A DNA stretch of 64,000 bases. Origin: an uncultured candidatus Porisulfidus sp. GTDB taxonomy: Bacteria; Pseudomonadota; Gammaproteobacteria; Poriferisulfidales; Oxydemutatoraceae. A model generated the notes under the pieces. It saw only the letters and a program-made list of their open reading frames with translations, was not told the DNA's origin and ran no database searches. The translations under genes were made by a program, and so were the position numbers. The stretch is taken from NCBI GenBank assembly GCA_965215125.1, contig OZ244052.1, positions 1,216,001 through 1,280,000 on the forward strand, given 5' to 3'. The stretch's first letter is position 1, and every line of letters begins with the position of its first letter. This document shows positions 29,811 through 41,034 of this stretch, piece by piece.

Positions 29811-31024
29811 TGGCGCGCTTTAGAAGTTGGCTCGGATCTCGTCAGCCTTTGTTCGAAAAAGGCGGGCGACTTAATAAATACTATCCGATTTACGAAATGG
29901 TCGATACTTTCTTGTATTGGACCAAGGAAACAACGCAATGTGCGCCGCACATACGCGACGGCATCGATATCAAGCGAGTGATGAGCTATGTCGTGTTGGC
30001 AACATTACCTTGCGTAGTAATGTCTTGGTTTAATACCGGCTATCAAGCGAACCTCGCATTGCTTGAACTCAATCAGCAGGCGTTATCGGGGTGGCGAGGT
30101 GCGCTGACGACACAATTCGGTATCCCCTACGACCCGAACAATGTTTTGGCTTGCTTGTGGCTGGGATTTTTGCATTTTCTGCCGGTGTATCTAGTGACGA
30201 TAATCGCCGGCGGATTATGGGAAGTATTGTTTGCCACGGTACGCAAGCACGAGGTCAATGAAGGATTTTTGGTGACCTCGATGCTTTATACATTAACCTT
30301 GCCGCCGGATATTCCCTTGTGGATGGTAGCCTTGGGTATCTCTTTCGGTGTGGTGATAGGTAAAGAAGTTTTCGGCGGTACCGGCAAAAACTTTCTCAAC
30401 CCGGCATTGACCGGGCGCGCCTTCCTTTATTTTGCCTATCCGGCTTTTATGTCGGGCGATGAAGTGTGGGTAGCGGTAGACGGTTATAGTTATGCAACGC
30501 CTCTGGGTATTGCCGCAACCGCCGGCTTGGAAGGTGCCATCGCACAAGGATATACTTGGTGGCAAGCCTTTTTAGGTTTGTTGCCGGGATCACTCGGCGA
30601 GACCTCGACATTGGCTTGTTTGCTGGGCGGAATTTTTTTGGTCTATACAAGGATTGCGTCATGGCGTATTATATTAGGTGTATTTTTCGGCATGATGCTG
30701 ACCTCGCTATTGTTTAATTGGATAGGAAGTACCACGAATCCGATGTTTTCTATGCCGTGGCATTGGCATTTGGTGTTGGGGGGGTTTGCATTCGGTATGA
30801 TATACATGGCAACCGACCCGGTGTCTGCTGCAGGCACCGAAGCCGGCCGCTGGATTTTTGGTTTATTAATTGGTTTTATGGTAGTGCTCATACGCGTAAT
30901 CAACCCTGCTTTCCCGGAAGGCATGATGCTGGCGATTTTGTTCGCTAACATTTTTGCACCTACGATAGACTATTGTGTGGTCCGCATACACACCCACCGA
31001 AGGCTGAGACGTTATGCACAATGA
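29810..31024 (+). CDS. nqrB: Na+-NQR subunit B
   Basis: HEVNEG, KEVFGGTG, MATDPVS. Confidence 0.97.
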   Translation: MARFRSWLGSRQPLFEKGGRLNKYYPIYEMVDTFLYWTKETTQCAPHIRDGIDIKRVMSYVVLATLPCVVMSWFNTGYQANLALLELNQQALSGWRGALTTQFGIPYDPNNVLACLWLGFLHFLPVYLVTIIAGGLWEVLFATVRKHEVNEGFLVTSMLYTLTLPPDIPLWMVALGISFGVVIGKEVFGGTGKNFLNPALTGRAFLYFAYPAFMSGDEVWVAVDGYSYATPLGIAATAGLEGAIAQGYTWWQAFLGLLPGSLGETSTLACLLGGIFLVYTRIASWRIILGVFFGMMLTSLLFNWIGSTTNPMFSMPWHWHLVLGGFAFGMIYMATDPVSAAGTEAGRWIFGLLIGFMVVLIRVINPAFPEGMMLAILFANIFAPTIDYCVVRIHTHRRLRRYAQ

Positions 31025-31817
31025 TACTTTGACAAAAACGCTGATGGTTACAATCGGCTTATGTTTGCTATGCTCGTTGGTTGTTTCCACCGCAGCGGTT
31101 GTTTTATCACCGTTGCAGGAGAAAAATAAAAAAAATGCGCTCAATGTTAGTGTTCTGCAAGTTGCCGGCATCTACCGCCCCGATATTCCCGTTGAAGAGC
31201 AGTTCGCAAAGGTGCGGGCGAAGGTAATAGATCTTAGCGAAGGTGTCTATGTAGATACTCCCGAGCCCGACAATTTTGATATGGTCTCGGCAGCGCGCAA
31301 CCCCGACTTCGGTACACCGTTATCCAAAGCCGACGATATCGCCGGAATAAGCTACCTGCCCCGCTATGCCAAAATTTACTTGATATCTTCCGAGGGCGAA
31401 CCGGATAAAATAGTGTTACCTATTTATGGTTATGGTCTGTGGTCTGTGTTGTACGGTTTTATCACACTGGAAGCCGATGCCAACACGGTTTATGCCTTAC
31501 AATTTTATCAACACGGTGAAACACCCGGGTTGGGTGGCCGTGTCGACGACCCTAAATGGCGGGCATTGTGGCAAGGTAAAAAAGTCTACGCAACAGACTC
31601 AGAACCCCGGTTATCCGTAGTCAAGGGTCAAGTGAATGATCGCGACCCCCTTTCCTCTTATAAGGTAGACGGATTATCGGGTGCCACTTTGACCGGATTA
31701 GGCGTCGATCACATGATAGACTTTTGGTTCGGACAAATGGGTTATAGAAAATTTTTAGAGAAACAGTTTTATGGAATGGCAACAAGGCAAAAAGGTTCTG
31801 TTAGATCCGCTGGTTGA
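31014..31817 (+). CDS. nqrC: Na+-NQR subunit C
   Basis: [20 protein letters not shown] (FMN Thr). Confidence 0.96.
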   Translation: MHNDTLTKTLMVTIGLCLLCSLVVSTAAVVLSPLQEKNKKNALNVSVLQVAGIYRPDIPVEEQFAKVRAKVIDLSEGVYVDTPEPDNFDMVSAARNPDFGTPLSKADDIAGISYLPRYAKIYLISSEGEPDKIVLPIYGYGLWSVLYGFITLEADANTVYALQFYQHGETPGLGGRVDDPKWRALWQGKKVYATDSEPRLSVVKGQVNDRDPLSSYKVDGLSGATLTGLGVDHMIDFWFGQMGYRKFLEKQFYGMATRQKGSVRSAG

Positions 31818-32427
31818 TAACAACCCGATTACTTTACAAATACTCGGTATTTGTTCGGCGTTGGCGGTAACCACAACCCTGGCGGCATCGCTGATTATGT
31901 GTTTGGCATTGACCTCGGTATTGGCATTATCCAATAGTTCGATCAGCATGATCCGAAACCACATACCGACCAATGTACGCATCATCATACAAATGACGAT
32001 TATTGCGTCGCTGGTTATTTTAGTAGATCAAATACTCAAAGCCTACGCTTACGAGATCAGTAAATCGTTATCGGTCTTCGTCGGATTGATTATTACCAAC
32101 TGTATCGTGTTGGGGCGTGCCGAGGCTTTTGCAATGAAAAGCCCGGTTGCCGAGAGCTTTATGGACGGCTTGGGGAACGGTTTGGGATATAGTTTGGTTT
32201 TAATCGTGGTCGGCACAATCCGGGAGTTATTCGGATCCGGCACCTTATTGGGTTATCCGGTGCTACTGCCGTTATCGGAAGGTGGGTGGTATCAACCCAA
32301 CGGCTTGTTGCTGTTGCCGCCGAGTGCTTTTTTCATTATCGGTCTGATGATTTGGGTCATACGGGCTTATCGCCCGGTACAAGTAGAACAAGCCGAGTTT
32401 AGGATACAAACCGCAAAAACCGCTTAG
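31771..32427 (+). CDS. nqrD: Na+-NQR subunit D
   Basis: [29 protein letters not shown]. Confidence 0.96.
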   Translation: MEWQQGKKVLLDPLVDNNPITLQILGICSALAVTTTLAASLIMCLALTSVLALSNSSISMIRNHIPTNVRIIIQMTIIASLVILVDQILKAYAYEISKSLSVFVGLIITNCIVLGRAEAFAMKSPVAESFMDGLGNGLGYSLVLIVVGTIRELFGSGTLLGYPVLLPLSEGGWYQPNGLLLLPPSAFFIIGLMIWVIRAYRPVQVEQAEFRIQTAKTA

Positions 32428-32429
32428 TC

Positions 32430-33038
32430 ATGGAAGCGCAGTTATCGTTATTAATCAGAGCCGTCTTTATAGAAAATCTGGCACTCGCTTTCTTTCTGGG
32501 TATGTGCACTTTTCTGGCCATCTCCAAGAAAATGGAGAACGCTATCGGTTTAGGGATTGCGGTGATTGTCGTGCAAAGTCTGACCGTGCCTATCAATAAT
32601 CTGATTTATCAATTCGTACTGAAGAAGGGTGCCCTAGCATGGGCGGGTCTACCGGAGATAGATTTATCGTTTTTGGGTTTCATCAGCTATATCGGTATCA
32701 TCGCTGCAGTGGTACAGATACTAGAGATGTTTTTGGATCGTTTCGTGCCGGTGCTATATAACGCATTGGGCATTTTTCTGCCGTTGATTACGGTGAACTG
32801 TGCGATCCTCGGTGGTTCGCTTTTTATGGTTGAACGTAGCTACGATTTCAACGAAAGCGTAATTTATGGTTTCGGCAGCGGGCTGGGGTGGGCATTGGCG
32901 ATTATTGCGCTTGCCGGCATCCGTGAAAAACTCAAGTACAGCGATGTGCCGGAAGGCTTACGTGGTTTGGGTATTACCTTTATCACAGTGGGCTTGATGT
33001 CGTTGGGCTTTATGGCGTTTTCCGGTATACAATTATAG
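32430..33038 (+). CDS. nqrE: Na+-NQR subunit E
   Basis: [21 protein letters not shown]. Confidence 0.97.
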   Translation: MEAQLSLLIRAVFIENLALAFFLGMCTFLAISKKMENAIGLGIAVIVVQSLTVPINNLIYQFVLKKGALAWAGLPEIDLSFLGFISYIGIIAAVVQILEMFLDRFVPVLYNALGIFLPLITVNCAILGGSLFMVERSYDFNESVIYGFGSGLGWALAIIALAGIREKLKYSDVPEGLRGLGITFITVGLMSLGFMAFSGIQL

Positions 33039-33051
33039 TTGGAGTATAGAA

Positions 33052-34272
33052 ATGTTGGAGATTAGTTTAGGTGTAGGTTTTTTTATCGCTATCGTTTTGA
33101 TGCAAGTGCTGATTATCCGCGTTGCACGCGGCTTTTTGGTCTCAACCGGCAATGTCAAATTAACGGTGAATAACGAGCGCGAATTGAATGCGCAAGTCGG
33201 TAGTAAATTGCTTCCGGCACTTGCGAACAACGGTTTATTCGTATCTTCGGCTTGCGGCGGCGGCGGCACTTGCGGTCAATGCCGCGTCAAGGTGTTGTCC
33301 GGCGGCGGTGCGATCTTGCCTACCGAGGAAACCTATATCAACAAGCGAGAACAACACGAAGGCTATAGGCTATCCTGCCAGTTGACGGTTAAGCAAGATA
33401 TACGGCTGGAGTTGTTGCCCGAAGTGTTCGGATGCAAGCAGTGGTTGTGCAAAGTAAGGTCTAACGAGAATGTCGCAACCTTTATCAAGAATTTGGTTCT
33501 GGAGCTTCCCGAAGGCGAGGTTGTAGATTTTCGTGCCGGCGGTTATATACAAATAGAATGTCCACCGCACCGAGTTTGTTTTTCGGATTTTGATATCAAC
33601 ACCGAGTTCAGAGATGCATGGGATAATTTTAATCTATGGCAATACGAATCGGAGACCAAAGCGGCGGTCTCACGCGCGTATTCAATGGCGAACTATCCCG
33701 ACGAAAAAGGCATCATCATGTTGAATGTGCGTATTGCCACACCACCACCGAAGAGTGATTTTGCACCCGGTATTATGTCGTCTTATTTGTTTTCCTTACA
33801 GCCCGGCGACACGGTTAAAATTTCCGGCCCCTTCGGTGAATTCTTTGCCAAAGACACTTTGAACGAGATGATTTTTATCGGTGGCGGCGCAGGTATGGCA
33901 CCTATGCGTTCTCATATATTCGATCAACTAAAGCGGCTACATAACGACCGGCGTAAAATTAGCTTTTGGTACGGCGCGCGTAGTTATAGAGAAGCCTTTT
34001 TTATAGAAGACTTCGACACCTTGCAAAAACAGTTTGACAACTTTGAATGGCACCTTGCGCTATCGGACCCGCAACCGGAAGATCAGTGGCAAGGTTATAC
34101 CGGTTTTATACACCAAGTGTTGTACGATAATTATCTGGGGCAACACGAAGCCCCCGAGGATTGCGAGTACTATATTTGTGGTCCGCCGATGATGAACACC
34201 GCAGTGATAGAAATGCTACGCCGATTGGGCGTTGAAGACGATAATGTCTTCTTCGACGATTTCGGCGGATGA
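33052..34272 (+). CDS. nqrF: Na+-NQR subunit F
   Basis: [28 protein letters not shown]-terminal DDFGG. Confidence 0.97.
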   Translation: MLEISLGVGFFIAIVLMQVLIIRVARGFLVSTGNVKLTVNNERELNAQVGSKLLPALANNGLFVSSACGGGGTCGQCRVKVLSGGGAILPTEETYINKREQHEGYRLSCQLTVKQDIRLELLPEVFGCKQWLCKVRSNENVATFIKNLVLELPEGEVVDFRAGGYIQIECPPHRVCFSDFDINTEFRDAWDNFNLWQYESETKAAVSRAYSMANYPDEKGIIMLNVRIATPPPKSDFAPGIMSSYLFSLQPGDTVKISGPFGEFFAKDTLNEMIFIGGGAGMAPMRSHIFDQLKRLHNDRRKISFWYGARSYREAFFIEDFDTLQKQFDNFEWHLALSDPQPEDQWQGYTGFIHQVLYDNYLGQHEAPEDCEYYICGPPMMNTAVIEMLRRLGVEDDNVFFDDFGG

Positions 34273-35330
34273 ATGTGTTCAACTTGACGATAGTCGGTTA
34301 TCATCGTTCCGGCAAGCTCGTTTTGTCGACGGCACTCTTGTTGATGCTCGTTGCATGTGGTGGTGAACTGCCGCATAACGAGCGCCGTCTCGGCGGTGAA
34401 ACGATGGGAACCTCATGGTCTATCAAGCTATACAGTCCCATCTCCGACGAGCAATTCAGTTTAATCTCCACGGAGAGCATCGACATGCTTGCCGATCTGA
34501 ACCAAAAACTATCTACCTACAAACAGGACTCGGAGATTACCCGTTTTAATTTATCGTCCGAACTCGGCTGGCAGCCGGTTTCCGATGAATTCGCTACTTT
34601 GGTTGAAAAGGCACTTCTCATCAGCGAATTATCGCAAGGTGCGTTTGATATAACGGTATCGCCTTTGGTTGATTTATGGGGGTTCTCCAAAGATGAAAAA
34701 GAGACGATGGCCTTCCCGAGCGCAGATGAGATTGCACGTGTTAAGGCGACTACCGGGTATCGGTATTTACAAGTGCGCAAGCAACCGCCGGCATTAAAAA
34801 AAGTGCTTCCCGAACTCCATATAGATTTATCGGCAATCGCCAAAGGCTACGCCGCAGATCGCTTGGCAACAATGTTGGAAGCGCACGGTGTGATTAATTA
34901 TCTTGCCGAGGTCGGAGGCGAACTGAAGGCATCCGGTATTAGCAAGGCGTTGCGTCCTTGGCTTGTGGGTGTTGAAAAGCCGGTTCCGGGATGGCGCGAA
35001 ATCATGCGCGCCGTAGAAGTGCGCGGCAACGGTGTTGGCACTTCGGGAGACTACCGCAATTTTATAGAAATAAACGGCACGCGCTATTCTCATACCATAG
35101 ACCCGCGTAGTGGAATGCCAACCGTCTACAAGGGGGCATCGGTAACCGTAATTACGGAAAGCGCGTTGGCGGCAGATGCTTGGGCAACTGCCTTTTTTAT
35201 TCTGCCCAAGGATGAAGCACTACGGCTTTCGGAACAGCATCAGTTGGGCATCTATTATGTAGAGCAGTCCGAAGACGGATTTGTACAAACGATGAACAGC
35301 CGGTTCGCCGATTATTTGGTACACGAATAA
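34269..35330 (+). CDS. apbE: FAD:protein FMN transferase lipoprotein
   Basis: Lipobox LVAC; [20 protein letters not shown]. Confidence 0.94.
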   Translation: MNVFNLTIVGYHRSGKLVLSTALLLMLVACGGELPHNERRLGGETMGTSWSIKLYSPISDEQFSLISTESIDMLADLNQKLSTYKQDSEITRFNLSSELGWQPVSDEFATLVEKALLISELSQGAFDITVSPLVDLWGFSKDEKETMAFPSADEIARVKATTGYRYLQVRKQPPALKKVLPELHIDLSAIAKGYAADRLATMLEAHGVINYLAEVGGELKASGISKALRPWLVGVEKPVPGWREIMRAVEVRGNGVGTSGDYRNFIEINGTRYSHTIDPRSGMPTVYKGASVTVITESALAADAWATAFFILPKDEALRLSEQHQLGIYYVEQSEDGFVQTMNSRFADYLVHE

Positions 35331-35351
35331 ATGTTTCTATAGAGTGATAGT

Positions 35352-35537
35352 ATGTGGTTGACCTTTGTTATTGCGTTTATCGTGTTTGTGCTTGTAGCTT
35401 TGGCACTGGCAATAGGCTTGCTGATCTCGGGTAAAACGATAAAAGGGAGTTGCGGTGGCATAAACTGCGGGTTATGTAAAGACGAATCCACTGCGTGTAA
35501 GCGAGCAGATATGTTCAAAGATACGGCAAAAGACTAA
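35352..35537 (+). CDS. nqrM: Na+-NQR maturation protein
   Basis: TM segment, then IKGSCGG..C..C......C; follows apbE. Confidence 0.85.
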   Translation: MWLTFVIAFIVFVLVALALAIGLLISGKTIKGSCGGINCGLCKDESTACKRADMFKDTAKD

Positions 35538-35539
35538 GT

Positions 35540-36715
35540 ATGGAGAAAATAACGAAGCAAGCACTGAAAAATGTAATTGATACAAGAAGAGAAGCATCGA
35601 TTCTGGATGTTAGGACGCTTAGAGAATACATTGACTTTAGCATAAAAAACATACCGTTTATACCTCTTGAGTTGTTAGACCATATTCAACACCCGGAAGC
35701 GAAGTGGAATAAATCTAAACCTGTTTATGTCATATCTTACGCCGAGGCGCGTGCTAAAGCATTTTGTCATAAATTGGAGGCTTTAGGTTATCGCACATTT
35801 TACATAAAGGAGGGTGGAGTAAAGGCATGGTGCAGGAAAAATCTTTCTATAATAAACATAATAGATCTTCGGGACACTGATAAATCGGCATTATTGGCTA
35901 CAAACGGCACAGGATCTGATTTTGTCTTTAATTTTAAGATACTCAAACAGCAAGCAGCAGGTTGGGCAAATTATCTGAATGAGATAATAAGCATAGCGTG
36001 GGTTTTTGAAAAAATGAATTGCAATATTAAGTTTGTCTTTGAGGAAGATTCTAGTTATTTTGAAAATTCTACTCCTAAAGTTTTGCAGGAGTCTTCGTTT
36101 GAGAATTGTATAGCTTTACGATTTATCAGGAGAGCATTTGGCGATTATTCTATGTTAATTTCTTCGGAATATGCATACAGCGTAATGTCAAGACTAACCA
36201 TTAACAAAAAGATACAAGAGCAAGCCGATGAATGGGTTCGCGCCAATCTAAAAGGCAATTGGATCGGAGTTCATTTTCGGGGAACTGATTTAACAAAACA
36301 GCGCAGCAAAGATTATATAGAACCAGATACTTATATTTCTTACTTAAAGAAAGTTGTAGCTAAGAACCTTAATATTTTCGCCTGCTCCGATCAAGCCCAG
36401 TTTATTGACAAAATGCATGAGGCATTTCCCGATAGAGTGTTCGCTAGAAGTATTCGACGTTCTTACGATCAAAAGCCCTTGCACCGTCGTACTCATTATA
36501 AAGGACCTCAACAAAAAAAAGATGCGCTGATAGATATTTTAATTTTATCTAAAGCCGATCTAATCTATAAGACGGGAGGTAGGTTTTCGAACTCAACTAG
36601 ATATTTCAATCCTGAAATCAAAATTATTACTCCTAATAAACGGTGGTGTGCATATATTTCCGAGAATTTTGTCGGTATCCCTAAAGCAGATTTACCGGCA
36701 AGGTCAAATTTTTGA
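35540..36715 (+). CDS. Fusion of a degenerate rhodanese domain and a NodZ/FUT8/O-FucT-like fucosyltransferase domain
   Basis: N-terminal ~105 aa are paralogous to 37656-38198; C-terminal part has GVHFRGTD, IFACSD and DILILSKAD..RFS fucosyltransferase motifs. Confidence 0.7.
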   Translation: MEKITKQALKNVIDTRREASILDVRTLREYIDFSIKNIPFIPLELLDHIQHPEAKWNKSKPVYVISYAEARAKAFCHKLEALGYRTFYIKEGGVKAWCRKNLSIINIIDLRDTDKSALLATNGTGSDFVFNFKILKQQAAGWANYLNEIISIAWVFEKMNCNIKFVFEEDSSYFENSTPKVLQESSFENCIALRFIRRAFGDYSMLISSEYAYSVMSRLTINKKIQEQADEWVRANLKGNWIGVHFRGTDLTKQRSKDYIEPDTYISYLKKVVAKNLNIFACSDQAQFIDKMHEAFPDRVFARSIRRSYDQKPLHRRTHYKGPQQKKDALIDILILSKADLIYKTGGRFSNSTRYFNPEIKIITPNKRWCAYISENFVGIPKADLPARSNF

Positions 36716-36775
36716 AACACTACTATGGGAAATTACGCGCCCGATTGACGAACATTTAGTGTTATTATTGAACCT

Positions 36776-37612
36776 ATGTATTCTACGATTATTTCAGTGC
36801 AAGAAATTGCAACACAACTAGATAACCCTAAATGGATTGTTTTTGATTGTTGTTTCAACGTCACTCAACCCCAATGGGGAAGAGAGCAATATAACGCGGG
36901 GCACATACCCGGTGCTTACTACTGCGATTTAGACCGGGATTTATCGTCACCGCCTACGCCCGATAGTGGTCGTCATCCGTTGCCCGACCCTCAAACTTTA
37001 GGCGCAAAATTAGCCTCTTGGGGCGTGTCTGCCGATAGTCAGGTCGTGGTGTATGACGAAGCGGTCGGGGCGGTTGCAGCCAGAATGTGGTGGGTGTTGC
37101 GGTGGCTCGGACATACCTCGGTTGCGGTACTAGACGGCGGTTTAAGTAAATGGGAGGAAGCAGGTCATCCGTTGAGTACGGAATTGCCTCAAGAAAGAGC
37201 AAAGGGTAATTTTCAACCGCATCCTGACGATGATTTATGGGTATCTACCACCAAGATTGAACGGATTAGAGCAGACGAACAAACGATTTTAATAGATGCC
37301 CGTTCCAAAGCTCGTTTTTGTGGTGAAGAAGAGCAGGTAGACCCTGTAGGTGGCCATATTCCCGGCGCGGTGAATCGTCCTTTAACCGATAATATGGGGA
37401 GCGACGGTTTTTTCCTCTCACCGCAAAGATTACGCGAGGATTATGAACCGCTATGCCGTGAGCGTATCATTCACTATTGCGGTTCGGGTGTAACCGCATG
37501 CCATAATTTATTGGCGATGGAGATGTCGGGTTTAGGCCTACGGCAATTGTACGTAGGCTCTTGGAGTGAATGGATACGCGACAAGGCGCGTCCGATAGCA
37601 ACGGGTGACTAA
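36776..37612 (+). CDS. Tandem-rhodanese sulfurtransferase (3-mercaptopyruvate sulfurtransferase, SseA-like)
   Basis: GHIPGA twice, YCGSGVTAC, YVGSWSEW. Confidence 0.92.
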   Translation: MYSTIISVQEIATQLDNPKWIVFDCCFNVTQPQWGREQYNAGHIPGAYYCDLDRDLSSPPTPDSGRHPLPDPQTLGAKLASWGVSADSQVVVYDEAVGAVAARMWWVLRWLGHTSVAVLDGGLSKWEEAGHPLSTELPQERAKGNFQPHPDDDLWVSTTKIERIRADEQTILIDARSKARFCGEEEQVDPVGGHIPGAVNRPLTDNMGSDGFFLSPQRLREDYEPLCRERIIHYCGSGVTACHNLLAMEMSGLGLRQLYVGSWSEWIRDKARPIATGD

Positions 37613-37655
37613 AAGTTTTAGACCAAGTACATTCCAACAATTATGGAGAATCAAT

Positions 37656-38198
37656 ATGGAAAAGATAACAGTACAAGAGTTGAAAAAAGAAATTGATGCG
37701 GGCACCTCTGCACAAATCGTTGATGTCAGAACGCCCAGCGAATACATTGGCGAGAGGATAGAGCAAGCGGTATCGGTTCCGTTGATTCATTTTGATCGAT
37801 TGGCGATGAGTTTGGACAAATCCCGCGATGTTTATGCGATGTGTCGTGGCGGACAACGTGCCTCGGAGTTTTGTCGCAAATTGGATGCTTTAGGTTATCG
37901 TACATTTTGTGTGGAAGGTGGTTTGTCGGCATGGCTTAAACAAGATTTTCCCGTGGTACGTGCCCCGAGCCAACCGTGGTCGCTTGAACGGCAGACACGG
38001 TTTGCAATCGGGTTTATAGTATTCATCGGGGTATTTTTGGCATTGACCGTACATCCTCATTTTATCTATTTATCCGGTTTTGTCGGGATCGGGCTGATGT
38101 ATTCGGGGGTCGCCGATTTTTGTGGAATGTCTTTGTTGTTGGCGAAGATGCCTTGGAATAAAGTACGAGACGAGCCTATCAAACAGGCTTTGTCGTGA
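37656..38198 (+). CDS. Rhodanese plus DUF2892 membrane protein (YgaP-like)
   Basis: DVRTPSEY, active-site MCRGGQR, SLERQ, FCGMSLLLAKMPWN. Confidence 0.9.
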   Translation: MEKITVQELKKEIDAGTSAQIVDVRTPSEYIGERIEQAVSVPLIHFDRLAMSLDKSRDVYAMCRGGQRASEFCRKLDALGYRTFCVEGGLSAWLKQDFPVVRAPSQPWSLERQTRFAIGFIVFIGVFLALTVHPHFIYLSGFVGIGLMYSGVADFCGMSLLLAKMPWNKVRDEPIKQALS

Positions 38199-38761
38199 AG
38201 TACTGCAGTGCATGTGGGTCCGATAATTTAGTTCATAAACTGCCGAGAGGCGACACCAAAGAACGCATCGTATGCAATAACTGCGGTCATATTTTCTATC
38301 ATAATCCTAAAATAGTAACGGGTTGCATACTTGAATGGCAACAACGGATTCTGTTATGCAAGCGTGCAATAGAGCCGCGAGTCAATTTTTGGACGGTACC
38401 CGCCGGTTTTCTGGAAAACGGCGAGTCGGTTATCGAAGCGGCTGCCCGCGAAGCCGAGGAGGAAGCGTGTGCGGAAAGCGAAGGTTTGGTTATGCACAGT
38501 TTTTATAACATCAGGCATGTCAACCAAGTTTATATACTCTACCGCGGCATTCTAAAGGACGGACGCTACGGTGTCGGACAAGAAAGCAACGATGCCATGT
38601 TATGTGCCGAAGCCGAGATACCCTGGGATCAAATCGCTTTTCCGGTAATAAAGGAAGGATTGAGGCTTTATTTTAAGGACCGTAGCCATAAAACTTATGG
38701 TTACCACGAAGGCGATATCTATAGGGACGGCGACGGGAAAATACAGATCACTCGTTATTGA
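38195..38761 (+). CDS. NUDIX hydrolase with an N-terminal Zn ribbon
   Basis: CSACG, CNNCG, NPK, PAGFLENGE..AAREAEEE. Confidence 0.92.
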   Translation: MKYCSACGSDNLVHKLPRGDTKERIVCNNCGHIFYHNPKIVTGCILEWQQRILLCKRAIEPRVNFWTVPAGFLENGESVIEAAAREAEEEACAESEGLVMHSFYNIRHVNQVYILYRGILKDGRYGVGQESNDAMLCAEAEIPWDQIAFPVIKEGLRLYFKDRSHKTYGYHEGDIYRDGDGKIQITRY

Positions 38762-39075
38762 GACTCGTTTGCGGAGCCGCCCAAACAAGGCGGCGATTCG
38801 GGTACGCGTGCTTTTTTAGCCTGCCACTCATCGGGGCTTAGTGTGTGTAATGCCAACGCATGCATGCCGTCTTCCATCAACTCGGAAAGTGCGGCATATA
38901 CCGCTTGATGACGTTTGACTAATCCCAGCTGTTCAAATTCGGTTGCTACAATGGTCACCTTAAAATGAGACTCGGAACCGGACGGCACATTGTGTTGTCC
39001 GCTCTCGTCCACGACTTCAAGATAATCCGGTGCGAAACTTTGGGTTAATTTATCCGCGATCTGCTGTTGCTTCAT
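38755..39075 (-). CDS. bolA: BolA family protein
   Basis: ESGQHNVP, SHFKV, KRHQAVY, HALALHT. Confidence 0.92.
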   Translation of the reverse strand: MKQQQIADKLTQSFAPDYLEVVDESGQHNVPSGSESHFKVTIVATEFEQLGLVKRHQAVYAALSELMEDGMHALALHTLSPDEWQAKKARVPESPPCLGGSANESQ

Positions 39076-39085
39076 TACATTAAAA

Positions 39086-39898
39086 CTATCTGCTTGATTG
39101 TGTCGGTTCTATTATAACGTCCCCATAAAAATTACGGCTATTATTAATAGTTTGGGTGATCAAATCGTCGATTCCGATATTGCGTCTTTGTGCAATATGT
39201 TGTGCGATGTGCGGGAGGAATGAAGGTTCGTTCGGTTTGCTATAAAAGTGTTTTCCCAGCGTGCGAGGTATTAGATAAGGCGCATCGGTTTCCAGCAACA
39301 AACGGTTTTCGGGTATCGCTGCAACTGCGGTGCGCAAGTCTTCTGCCCGTCGCTCGTCGCAAATCCACCCGGTTACACCGATATATAAATCCATGGTCGT
39401 ATAATCGTCCAGCATAGACCGATTGCCGGTAAAACAATGCACGACCGCATTGCTAAGATATTTACGGTGGGGTTTCAGTATCTCTATAAAATCTTCGTGG
39501 GCATTGCGTTGATGCATGAACAGAGGCAGCCCGGTATCGACTGCCAACTCAATTTGTTTTTCAAAAACGAATCGCTGTGTTTTAGGTGTAGACAAGTTTC
39601 TATAATAGTCAAGGCCGGCCTCTCCGATTGCTATGGCTTTAACATCGGCAGCTAGCCTTTTGAGGGTGGTGTAGCTTGCATCGGTCCATCGGTCGGCATG
39701 GTGGGGATGTATGCCCACATTTGCCCAAAGCACGTTGGCATGTTGATGTGCCAATTTCAATGCTACGGCACTGTCCTCTACATCGGAGCCGGGGACAATC
39801 ATAGCCTGCACACCGGCTTGCCTTGCGCGTTTCAACACATCGAGTAATTGCGCGTTCAACGCAGTGTGGCTAAGGTTGCAGCAAATATCAATCATCAC
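39086..39898 (-). CDS. tatD: TatD family nuclease
   Basis: GIHPH, GEAGLDY, VHCFTG, ETDAPY. Confidence 0.9.
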   Translation of the reverse strand: MMIDICCNLSHTALNAQLLDVLKRARQAGVQAMIVPGSDVEDSAVALKLAHQHANVLWANVGIHPHHADRWTDASYTTLKRLAADVKAIAIGEAGLDYYRNLSTPKTQRFVFEKQIELAVDTGLPLFMHQRNAHEDFIEILKPHRKYLSNAVVHCFTGNRSMLDDYTTMDLYIGVTGWICDERRAEDLRTAVAAIPENRLLLETDAPYLIPRTLGKHFYSKPNEPSFLPHIAQHIAQRRNIGIDDLITQTINNSRNFYGDVIIEPTQSSR

Positions 39899-39914
39899 GG
39901 AATAGTCGCTATCG

Positions 39915-40844
39915 TCACAGCATCAATTTGTCCAACTCAAATTGCAACTGCTTTAGACTTTTGCACTGAATCAGTTTTATCTCTTTGGTTACGTCTCTAT
40001 AACTATTTCCCGTCGGTGCGTACAAGATAATGTCTATTTTGGGTTCGCGTAGGCGGATTTTGCGAAGTAGGTTGGGTGCATCGTCGTTGGTTTCGCTGCC
40101 GCAGCTCACGAAGATAAGCACCTTAGCCGAGGCTTGGTTGATCAGGTCGGCGATATCTTCTACGGAGGTTCGGGTATCTAAATAAATAGGATGCCATTTA
40201 TACGCCGCTACCAGAGCTAAGGTCTTTAAGCCGCTTAATTCTAGATCGTCCTCCAACGAACAAACCACCGCTGTGAATCGCTCTTTTTCTCTGCGGGTGC
40301 CTAACATAATCAGATATGTTTTGATTAGGTTATTAAAAATCTTGCGGTGTCCATCCAACAGATTACCTCTGCGACATTCGTCGCGTATATGAGTGAGTAG
40401 GGGCGTTAATAGATCTTCTACCATAAACACCGTGCCTAGAGATTTCTCGGCTTTCGTTAAAGTTTGAAATAAGGTGTGTGAGTCAAAATCCTTGATTGCG
40501 GTGATACAAGACTCTATATAATCCGACACCAAAAAAGTACTCTGTCTTTGATGTCGGGTGACGATAGGTTCGTTGGTGCCTTCGTCCTGCTCGATCATGT
40601 CAACCAATTTGGCATCGGATAGTTGCACGATGTCACTAATACGCCGCCCGCCTCTGCAGGCCTTAGCCAATAAAATGAGACGTTGAATATCCGCATCGCT
40701 ATAGACGCGTTGTCCGCTTTCGGTGCGTTGAGGTGAGATGGCACGATAACGAGTCTCCCATGCGCGTATGACTTCGGGACTCAACCCGCAGTAGCGGGCG
40801 ACGACACCTATCGTGTGTATAGATGTTTTTTTCTGCTGAATCAT
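39915..40844 (-). CDS. MerR-family regulator with a CarH/LitR-like B12-binding-type domain (degenerate)
   Basis: IGVVA..IRAWETRY..P.RT..GQRVYS HTH; helical bundle followed by a Rossmann-like C-terminus. Confidence 0.8.
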   Translation of the reverse strand: MIQQKKTSIHTIGVVARYCGLSPEVIRAWETRYRAISPQRTESGQRVYSDADIQRLILLAKACRGGRRISDIVQLSDAKLVDMIEQDEGTNEPIVTRHQRQSTFLVSDYIESCITAIKDFDSHTLFQTLTKAEKSLGTVFMVEDLLTPLLTHIRDECRRGNLLDGHRKIFNNLIKTYLIMLGTRREKERFTAVVCSLEDDLELSGLKTLALVAAYKWHPIYLDTRTSVEDIADLINQASAKVLIFVSCGSETNDDAPNLLRKIRLREPKIDIILYAPTGNSYRDVTKEIKLIQCKSLKQLQFELDKLML

Positions 40845-41034
40845 TTTGTACAAGTATTATTCATGCTAATTATGCCTTTATTTGGGTAATCATAGCAATT
40901 AAATTGCTCTTGTATTGTACAAAACGCCAAAAAAAAACTTTTTTTCTTTGCAAAAAGCTATATTATTTTGTCTATGAGCAATTTGCTCTAGTCATGAAAA
41001 TAGATTTTTTAACATTTAACGAGGAGATATAATT

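Noticed and set aside
30478-30505. NqrB flavinylation motif SYAT instead of SGAT
   Set aside because: The acceptor Thr is retained; a single substitution is too weak to interpret.
31771-31817. 47-bp nqrC/nqrD overlap suggesting a frameshift
   Set aside because: Both proteins are full length; simple stop-codon drift explains it.
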